64,000 nt of DNA from a virus, in the IMG/VR virus record IMGVR_UViG_3300046660_000488, positions 408,640-472,639 of that record; one strand, 5' to 3'. Below are positions 58,063 through 64,000 of this stretch, piece after piece (position 1 is the first letter of the stretch; each line of letters opens with the position of its first letter). Made by a program: the position numbers and the translations under genes. Below the pieces are notes generated by a model, which was not told the origin of the DNA, made no database searches, and was given only the letters and a program-made list of their open reading frames with translations.

Positions 58063-58254
58063 CTATCCATTGATGACGCGGACGTACACGGCTCGAAGAC
58101 GTCCGCTGGAGGTCATCTTTACGCGGAAAGTCACCACCTGTCCTTCGGAGTAGCACTTGCCTTTGCCGATGAGAAAAATGGGTCCGCCACCATCGGACGG
58201 GGTGATCATCCCGAAACCGCGAGAGTCTTTGAACCACTTGATTTGCCCGAACAT
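58063..58254 (-). CDS. cold-shock protein (CspA family)
   Basis: MFGQIKWFKDSRGFGMITPSDGGGPIF carries the RNP1-like KGFGFI motif. Confidence 0.65.
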   Translation of the reverse strand: MFGQIKWFKDSRGFGMITPSDGGGPIFLIGKGKCYSEGQVVTFRVKMTSSGRLRAVYVRVING

Positions 58255-58316
58255 GCGCGGGCCGGGGAGCGTAGGGGTCATCCCATCAGCCTACCAAATC
58301 TGGTAAACGAAACCCA

Positions 58317-58324
58317 CTAAATAC
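58317..58324 (+). promoter_or_regulatory. late-promoter-like box CTAAATAC
   Basis: The box ends 4 nt before ATG 58329. Confidence 0.45.
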
Positions 58325-58328
58325 GGAC

Positions 58329-58694
58329 ATGCGTTGGAACGAGATCATCACCGAAAGTGAAGTGCCGTGGGTCGATAATGCGACCAACACGTTGAGCGTC
58401 GGATCGACGACGCTGGAATTTGACCTGTATCGCAACGACGTGCAGATCAAAGACCTCGACACGCCGGTCGCCGACCGTGGTCAGGGCCAAGCACGCAAGG
58501 CCATGCTGATGCTGGCCGCCAAAGCCGATCAGGTCGGTGCCAAGATTTCGCTGCTGTCCTACCCGCAGGATGAAGTCACAAAGCAGGGACAGTTGAACAA
58601 ATTCTATCGCTCGCTTGGCTATAAGGCCATCCGCAAGTACCCGGACGGCGACGTGCTGATGGTTCGTCAGCCGAAAACGCCAAAAGGCGCTTGA
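58329..58694 (+). CDS. effector-island protein 4 (N-terminus MRWNEIITES; small GNAT acetyltransferase)
   Basis: VADRGQGQARKAMLMLAAKADQVGAKISLL...KFYRSLGYK. Confidence 0.55.
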   Translation: MRWNEIITESEVPWVDNATNTLSVGSTTLEFDLYRNDVQIKDLDTPVADRGQGQARKAMLMLAAKADQVGAKISLLSYPQDEVTKQGQLNKFYRSLGYKAIRKYPDGDVLMVRQPKTPKGA

Positions 58695-59002
58695 CACTCA
58701 GGCCGCGTATGGTAGTGTGCGTTTCTCACTGAAGTAGGTGAGCGGACTGCTCCACCTCGGTGGAGAACATGCACCATTAACCGCCGCCTCGTCGCCGGAA
58801 GAATGATCGGTAGTTCCTTTGGGCTATGCCTCACGGCAACGATCTTTGGAAGGTTTGGACAAGACGAGGCTGTAGTGACGCTGCGAAAGCAGAGAGTAGC
58901 CGCACCAAACCCGGCTAGGCGGGACGTCATATCGTGACATCGGAAGGCTGTCTGATCCAGAGGTCAGACGGCGCGGTCCACAAGCTGAACACGACAGCAG
59001 GA

Positions 59003-59031
59003 AGGGCGGGGAGCAATCTCCGCCTTTTTTC
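59003..59031 (+). terminator. rho-independent terminator ending a roughly 330-nt non-coding stretch
   Basis: GGCGG-ggagcaatct-CCGCC followed by TTTTTTCTATTT. Confidence 0.45.
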
Positions 59032-59464
59032 TATTTGGCTGTCTTCTGTAGAGTGCGCGCATGAGCCAGACCGCCACACCTCCGTCTGAATACCTGCCCA
59101 GAACCGCCGTGGAAGCGCTCGTGCGCGCCAATGCGAATGGACACACGCCGGAGCGCGCTCAAGGCGCCGAGCACTGGCGGTGCAGCACCTGCGGCTATGT
59201 CGCCTCGCAAGTTCGCTGGTGGCCGATCACTTGCGAGGCCACGTCCACGTCCTCCGCGTGAAATAATGGAAGAACGGTCGGTCGAAGGCGATGTTCACCA
59301 AGCCTTTGCCCAGAATTTTCAACAGCAGCCACCGCGTGTCGAGTGACATGCGGCCGGTAAATGGTTTTCCGAAGGCGATGCAACGAACGCTGTGAAAGAT
59401 CACGCGCCATTCGTTCTTACTGATAGCTCTCATCAGCAACCTGTGCTGTATCAAGAGCAAACCG

Positions 59465-59746
59465 TCAAGAGTCGATAGCCCACCAAATCGCTTCGTCGGA
59501 CTCGCGATCCTCGACCGTGGGGTCATCGTGGAAGCCGATGATGTTCTTCTGCTTCATGCGCGTCGGGAAATAGACGCAGCCGCACGACGAGCAGATGTTC
59601 GCATCGGTGATCACCGGGATGATGTCGGGTGCGACTTCCGCAATTTCGGAAAGCTGAGAGTGGTGGATTTTGGCCTGACGGTTCAACGTCGGGCGCTCGC
59701 AGTTACGATTAGGGCAGGGCTTGTTCTGCTTCGAGCGGTGGGCCAT
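59465..59746 (-). CDS. hypothetical Cys-rich protein
   Basis: A 93-aa ORF with CPNRNCE...CSSCGC. Confidence 0.35.
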   Translation of the reverse strand: MAHRSKQNKPCPNRNCERPTLNRQAKIHHSQLSEIAEVAPDIIPVITDANICSSCGCVYFPTRMKQKNIIGFHDDPTVEDRESDEAIWWAIDS

Positions 59747-59761
59747 GATCGTATTTATGGA

Positions 59762-59769
59762 CTAAATAT
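59762..59769 (+). promoter_or_regulatory. late-promoter-like box CTAAATAT
   Basis: The box ends 4 nt before ATG 59774. Confidence 0.45.
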
Positions 59770-59773
59770 TGCC

Positions 59774-60640
59774 ATGCGCGAGTACATCAACATCGTAGAA
59801 TCCAACACCTATCCCATCAAGGGTGGAACGGTTCAGGTCGTGACCCGAGAACTGCGGGGCAATCGCTACAGCTTCACGGCCACGGTCGATGGACAGCGAG
59901 CCGCCATCGGTGAATTCCAAGCGCAAGACTCGATGAATGGCGACAAGGGATCGGTGGAAGAGATCACTGTCGCTGCGGCGTTCCGGCGCCGTGGGATCGC
60001 CTCGGCGATCTACAGCCATTTCGAGAAGATGGGCTTCACCGTTGTTCCATCCGATGATGTCCGGCCGGATGGCCAAGCGTTTTGGAAGAGCCGTCCGCTG
60101 ACGGAGTTGTCGCGGCCGGTCTTCATAGATGAAGTCGATCCGATCTTGAAGAAAGCCGGGTGGACCCGCGTCGGCTCTGGCTACTATGCCTCCGTCTACG
60201 CCAAGGAAGGCGTGAACTACGTCCTCAAGCTGTTCAGCAATCACGACAAAGGCTACATCGATTTCCTGAAGCTTGTTCAGCAGCATCCGAACAAGCACTT
60301 CCCCACGCTCCGTGGCCTGCCGCGTCGGATCACGTCGGGATACACGGCGGTCCGCATGGAGAAACTTCTGCCAGCCGGTTATGGTGACGACGTGCCAAGC
60401 CTTGGCGTCTACCTGCTCTGCCGCGACACCGGTCCCTATGCCAAGAACCAGTATCAGGTGAAGGCCTACGAGCACGTGGTGGAATATCTCCAGAGCCAGC
60501 CGGAACTGAAACGCGCCCTCGACTTGATCATCGACAATCTGCTTCCCAAATACAACGAAGACCTGCACAGTGAGAATTTCATGAAGCGCGCTGACGGAAC
60601 GCTGGTCATCATCGACCCGGTCGGTTTCGTTCGGAAATAG
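59774..60640 (+). CDS. effector-island protein 5 (N-terminus MREYINIVES; GNAT acetyltransferase fused to a protein-kinase-like/aminoglycoside-phosphotransferase-like domain)
   Basis: The GNAT part is EEITVAAAFRRRGIASAIYSHFEKMGF. The kinase-like part has a G-loop WTRVGSGYYASVYAKEG, a Lys in VLKLF, and a catalytic-loop-like LHSENFMKRADGTLVIIDPVGF. Confidence 0.55.
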   Translation: MREYINIVESNTYPIKGGTVQVVTRELRGNRYSFTATVDGQRAAIGEFQAQDSMNGDKGSVEEITVAAAFRRRGIASAIYSHFEKMGFTVVPSDDVRPDGQAFWKSRPLTELSRPVFIDEVDPILKKAGWTRVGSGYYASVYAKEGVNYVLKLFSNHDKGYIDFLKLVQQHPNKHFPTLRGLPRRITSGYTAVRMEKLLPAGYGDDVPSLGVYLLCRDTGPYAKNQYQVKAYEHVVEYLQSQPELKRALDLIIDNLLPKYNEDLHSENFMKRADGTLVIIDPVGFVRK

Positions 60641-60679
60641 GCAGGTTGACCGGTCGAGGCTATGTGGTAAACCAACGCC

Positions 60680-60940
60680 ATGCAGCTTTCGTTTGATGAA
60701 TGGTGCGGCTCTGTCCGCGACAGGTTCGAGAAGACGTTCGGGTACACCGCCCCGAGGTCGCCATCGCTTGTCGAACTGGACAGCCGGGTGCAGGAACGGA
60801 TCATGCGCTGTGGCGTCGAGGCCCATCGTTTCGGCCTTGAGCATTACGACGAAATGGCTGTGCTCGCGCACCACACGCTGATCCTCGAAGACGTCAAGGC
60901 CGGAATGTCGAACAGCCATATGCGGTACGTGGCGCCTTAG
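60680..60940 (+). CDS. hypothetical small protein
   Basis: An 86-aa ORF. Confidence 0.35.
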   Translation: MQLSFDEWCGSVRDRFEKTFGYTAPRSPSLVELDSRVQERIMRCGVEAHRFGLEHYDEMAVLAHHTLILEDVKAGMSNSHMRYVAP

Positions 60941-61422
60941 ATTGTCGCCGGGATATTTGTGGCGATGGTCTTGTCCGTCTCGATGTCATAGAACCGGGCG
61001 ATTACAACCCGTGAACCGGGGCGAAGCGTGATCTCTTGATCGCTATCCCACCATCCAATGGCGCGCGCCATCGTTTCCGGCCAGTTGATAGCCGCCTGCG
61101 GAACGGTAACTTGCATCACGTAGTCGCCGTAATGGACGTCGGCATTTGTCTCGGGTGCAATGGCCCAGTGGATGCCGAGTTTGTTGCGATTGACGCTCGT
61201 CGTCGGCAGTCGCCGATAGAGGGTGACGTTCCCTTCGGACCACGGTTTCAATGCGGCTGACAATTCTTGTGTCCGGCCGACCATCCACTCGTCGAAGTCG
61301 TCAAACGCAAGTTTGTAGTTGTGGTAGAGACCACGAAGATCACCGGGGCCATAGCGGAAAGCATTGAGCACGGTATCCGGCGTAACGTCGGCCAAACTCT
61401 CGTTGATCTCATTGTATCGCAT
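60937..61422 (-). CDS. effector-island protein 6 on the minus strand (N-terminus MRYNEINESL)
   Basis: The start at 61422 lies immediately after GCTAAATATGGG on the minus strand, which matches the same box arrangement. Confidence 0.5.
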   Translation of the reverse strand: MRYNEINESLADVTPDTVLNAFRYGPGDLRGLYHNYKLAFDDFDEWMVGRTQELSAALKPWSEGNVTLYRRLPTTSVNRNKLGIHWAIAPETNADVHYGDYVMQVTVPQAAINWPETMARAIGWWDSDQEITLRPGSRVVIARFYDIETDKTIATNIPATI

Positions 61423-61459
61423 CCCATATTTAGCTGTTTGAGCGTGATGTTCCTGAAGC

Positions 61460-61467
61460 CTAAATAC
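61460..61467 (+). promoter_or_regulatory. late-promoter-like box CTAAATAC
   Basis: The box ends 4 nt before ATG 61472. The divergent minus-strand box lies at 61426..61433. Confidence 0.45.
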
Positions 61468-61471
61468 TGCC

Positions 61472-61888
61472 ATGCGCGAATTCATCAATCTCCTAGTCGA
61501 AGCCCAAATGTACCTCGGTGACAAGGGTACGACTTACTGGAACCATGCTGGCAAGTACGAAGCCGAAATGGGCAAGCTTTGGAAGGAACTGGTTCCCGGT
61601 TCCGGCCCGGCCGAAACACTCGCTGGCGAAGTGCTGCGCTGTGTCTCCAAAATCTACTACCGCCATTTCAATGACGGCGATTCGTTCACCGTGGACAGCT
61701 TCGCGTTCCTGAAGAAGAACATCGGCCATTTCACGACGTACGACGAAATGGTTGACCGTGCGGTCGAATTCGCGATGGACCCTGAGCACCAAGCCATGGC
61801 CAACAACTTCGACAGCGTGCGCGAACTCAAAATCTACGAAGGTCCCGAGTCAGGTTACGACGACGACGAGGATGAAGACGAGTACTGA
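61472..61888 (+). CDS. effector-island protein 7 (N-terminus MREFINLLVE; acidic C-terminal tail)
   Basis: A 138-aa ORF with C-terminus DDDEDEDEY. Confidence 0.5.
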   Translation: MREFINLLVEAQMYLGDKGTTYWNHAGKYEAEMGKLWKELVPGSGPAETLAGEVLRCVSKIYYRHFNDGDSFTVDSFAFLKKNIGHFTTYDEMVDRAVEFAMDPEHQAMANNFDSVRELKIYEGPESGYDDDEDEDEY

Positions 61889-61891
61889 TCC

Positions 61892-62551
61892 GTGCGCGAA
61901 TTCATCACCCTCATCGAGAGCGGCACAGCCGCTGAAGCATTTGACGACTGGTTCGGCAACAGCCGTGTGGTTGATGGTGACGGTCGGCCGCTGATCGTCT
62001 TCCACGGCACGAACCAACCGTTCGAGCAGTTCTCCAAGGCGCGCGGCGGCATGGCCACTGGCCCGCAGGCTGGTGCCATCCACGGGTTCTTCTTCACGAG
62101 CACCGAAGCGGAAGCTTGGGATTATGCCAAGCACGCCGGGAGCAAGGTCGTATCCGGTATCGACCATTTCGAGCAGGAGACGGAACGTCTGCGTTTGGAG
62201 CAGGAACGTCTTGAAAAGCTTGCCCAGCGCACGAACAAGAAATCGGACTGGGATGCGTTCTATGCCGCCTACCAGAATTGGGAAGATTTCGAGATAAATG
62301 CCACGCGCGAGGAAGACGATGTCGGCAACCGCGTCGTCAAGGCCTACCTGTCGCTCCAGAACCCTCTGGAGGTCAATTTCAACGGCACGATGCAGTCTGA
62401 GGCTGGCGTCATCCAAGACGTGGTCGAGAAGGCCGTACGCGACGGCAATGACGGCGTGATCATGCGGAACATCTACGACGGCCCGTATGGCGGCCACACG
62501 AGCGACCACTTCGTCGCGTTCTCACCCGATCAGATTCATCAGGTTGGCTGA
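61892..62551 (+). CDS. effector-island protein 8 (N-terminus V/MREFITLIES; H-Y-E class ADP-ribosyltransferase-like)
   Basis: The GTG start overlaps the upstream stop. RPLIVFHGTNQPFEQFS...GFFFTSTEAEAW matches the [FY]HGT motif of diphtheria-toxin/PARP-like ARTs. Confidence 0.5.
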   Translation: MREFITLIESGTAAEAFDDWFGNSRVVDGDGRPLIVFHGTNQPFEQFSKARGGMATGPQAGAIHGFFFTSTEAEAWDYAKHAGSKVVSGIDHFEQETERLRLEQERLEKLAQRTNKKSDWDAFYAAYQNWEDFEINATREEDDVGNRVVKAYLSLQNPLEVNFNGTMQSEAGVIQDVVEKAVRDGNDGVIMRNIYDGPYGGHTSDHFVAFSPDQIHQVG

Positions 62552-63420
62552 TGCGCTATCGCGAACTCATCGAGGCGGCAAGCGACGAGCCACCGTTCAA
62601 GAAACCCAAGGGCGTTCGCACACCGGCCTTCACCAAGGACGGGCGCCGCATCATCCTGTCGAAAGGTTACATGAGCGTCGATGCCATGATCGACGGCAAG
62701 CCTGCCGGGAACATGCAGATCAGCAGCCCGAGCGACGGCGGACTAGGCTACAGCAATCGGTTCTACGTCAACCGGGTGTGGGTCGAGGAAGAATTCCGTG
62801 GACAAGGCGTGGCCACGGCCATGTACGATTTCGCCTTCCGAGCCGGTTTCAGGCCACTGGGAATGAGCCGCACGCTCACCGACCAAGGTAAGGCGTTCTG
62901 GGACGACCACGTTCGCAAGAAGGCGTCCAAAGGTCTCGGCCGCGACTATCACAGCGATTATCCGAACCGGTTCCACTGGCGACCGTTGCCGATGTCTGAA
63001 GACATCATCAGCGAAGGCAAGGTTCATCAACTGGATACGGGCTACGGTGGAAACGTGCGAATGACGCTCATCTACCAGAATCCGTCTCCCGTTCAAGCAC
63101 AGACAATGGCCAAGAACCAGATGGACCGGTACAACGGCCTTCTGTACCTTCGTGGGATCATGTCCAACGGATCGACGGTCTATGTCGCCGATGGCTGGGC
63201 CTGCACCCATGACGATCTGATGCAGAATTTCTTCCCCGGCAAGAGTGAGAGCGACGAGCGCTTCACGACGTTCGAGATCGCCAACTATGCGGGCGGCAGT
63301 TACGGCGCCGACAGGACCACGTTCCCAGCGAAGGTCGGCGTGGTCAAAGCGGGACATTTCGACGTCGAAACGAACCCGCAGATCGCGAAGATCATCGCCG
63401 GATGCCGGGCGGTCAACTAG
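62551..63420 (+). CDS. effector-island protein 9 (N-terminus MRYRELIEAA; N-terminal GNAT acetyltransferase)
   Basis: VWVEEEFRGQGVATAMYDFAFRAGFRPLG. Confidence 0.5.
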   Translation: MRYRELIEAASDEPPFKKPKGVRTPAFTKDGRRIILSKGYMSVDAMIDGKPAGNMQISSPSDGGLGYSNRFYVNRVWVEEEFRGQGVATAMYDFAFRAGFRPLGMSRTLTDQGKAFWDDHVRKKASKGLGRDYHSDYPNRFHWRPLPMSEDIISEGKVHQLDTGYGGNVRMTLIYQNPSPVQAQTMAKNQMDRYNGLLYLRGIMSNGSTVYVADGWACTHDDLMQNFFPGKSESDERFTTFEIANYAGGSYGADRTTFPAKVGVVKAGHFDVETNPQIAKIIAGCRAVN

Positions 63421-63866
63421 GTCCGGCCGATGGTCAGATGGAAGTGCCGCTTTTCGGGCGGAAGGCCGTAGCGCTCTCGCACGGCCGCAAGTTCGTCGGA
63501 CTCCACGTTAAGCCACCAATGCGCGCCATTCGTATAGATGTCGTGCGTGTACTTGATCGCAATTTCCTCGCCATCGTCCGCACCCCAGAGCGCCGGTGTT
63601 GAAAGCGTCTCGCCGCGAATGACCGACACGTGCGCGCCCCACTTCGAGCGGTGGTGCAGGCCGATCCCAAACCGCACGCGGATCATGTCGGCATAGTACC
63701 GGGCGATCTCGTCATCGACCTGAAGCAGCAACCAGTCGTCGGCGTAGCGCAGCGTTCCCACGACGTCATGTACATACGCGGCATTCTCCCGGTCACGGTA
63801 GGTCGTGATCAGTCGTCCGAATTTGCTCCCAAGGATATGGGTTCCGTGGATGGTGTTTACGAACAT
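63417..63866 (-). CDS. 2H phosphoesterase superfamily protein (LigT / cyclic phosphodiesterase-like)
   Basis: Two H-x-[ST]-x motifs are present: GAHVSVIRG and RHFHLTIGR. Confidence 0.55.
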   Translation of the reverse strand: MFVNTIHGTHILGSKFGRLITTYRDRENAAYVHDVVGTLRYADDWLLLQVDDEIARYYADMIRVRFGIGLHHRSKWGAHVSVIRGETLSTPALWGADDGEEIAIKYTHDIYTNGAHWWLNVESDELAAVRERYGLPPEKRHFHLTIGRT

Positions 63867-63886
63867 GGTACACCCTTAATACCATG

Positions 63887-63894
63887 CTAAATAT
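63887..63894 (+). promoter_or_regulatory. late-promoter-like box CTAAATAT
   Basis: The box ends 4 nt before ATG 63899. Confidence 0.45.
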
Positions 63895-63898
63895 TGCC

Positions 63899-64000
63899 AT
63901 GCGAGATTTGATCAACATCATGGAGGATGCTCAGCAAGAGCAGTTGACTCCGCCGCCCGTTCTCTACCACGGAACGACGCCCTACAACGCGGCTCTGATC
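63899..64000 (+). CDS. effector-island protein 10, partial (N-terminus MRDLINIMED; ART or Tpt1/KptA-like PPVLYHGT motif)
   Basis: MRDLINIMEDAQQEQLTPPPVLYHGTTPYNAALI. YHGT near the N-terminus resembles diphtheria toxin (SSYHGTKPGYVDSI). PP..LYHGT also resembles KptA. The gene is truncated by the window. Confidence 0.45.
   Translation, partial: MRDLINIMEDAQQEQLTPPPVLYHGTTPYNAALI

Noticed and set aside
53440-64000. Alternative explanation that the conserved effector 5' ends (CTAAATAYTGCC-ATGCGNGANTTCATC) are only an RNA-level translational operator, like T4 RegA sites.
   Set aside because: It is not excluded, but the conservation is at the amino-acid level. Synonymous and third-position variation is visible: GAA/GAG, TTC/TAC, ATC/ATT. 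The peptide always ends in (L/I)xE, which RNA-level selection would not enforce.

Overview
This 64-kb window looks like a high-GC (about 58-60%) T4-like myophage genome segment. The assignment rests on the large terminase, which is clearly gp17-like, together with a gp18-like sheath, gp19-like tube, gp32-like SSB and UvsX-like recombinase. Several promoter families with different polarity are visible. The left end is a minus-strand block with sigma70-type promoters, an adenine-MTase-like fragment, a TPR glycosyltransferase and small ORFs. Next come tail fibres, a phage-encoded seryl-tRNA synthetase and a PAAR-like spike fused to an M15 peptidase. The tail sheath and tube module follows, then virion proteins including a NUDIX hydrolase, the terminase, and a flotillin-like SPFH protein. 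After that come the SSB and recombinase, a cassette of paralogous tail-fibre proteins, a Dps-like ferritin and small regulators. A roughly 3.5-kb region without ORFs (46.9-50.4 kb) is full of tRNA-like T-arm and D-arm motifs and hairpins, but they do not fold into canonical cloverleafs by eye. The right end (52.8-64 kb) carries a dephospho-CoA kinase, a secreted GH16 glycanase, a cold-shock protein and a dense accessory island. The island holds at least 10 paralogous genes with GNAT acetyltransferase, DT/PARP-like ADP-ribosyltransferase, kinase-like and 2H-phosphoesterase domains. Almost all begin with the same 10-residue N-terminus (MRE[FY]I[NT]L[LI][VI]E), which matches the T4 capsid-targeting-sequence and prohead-protease (L/I)xE logic. 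Each operon start is preceded by a T4-late-promoter-like CTAAATAY box. That box recurs upstream of structural genes throughout the window. Long antisense ORFs in the track were treated as GC-driven artefacts.
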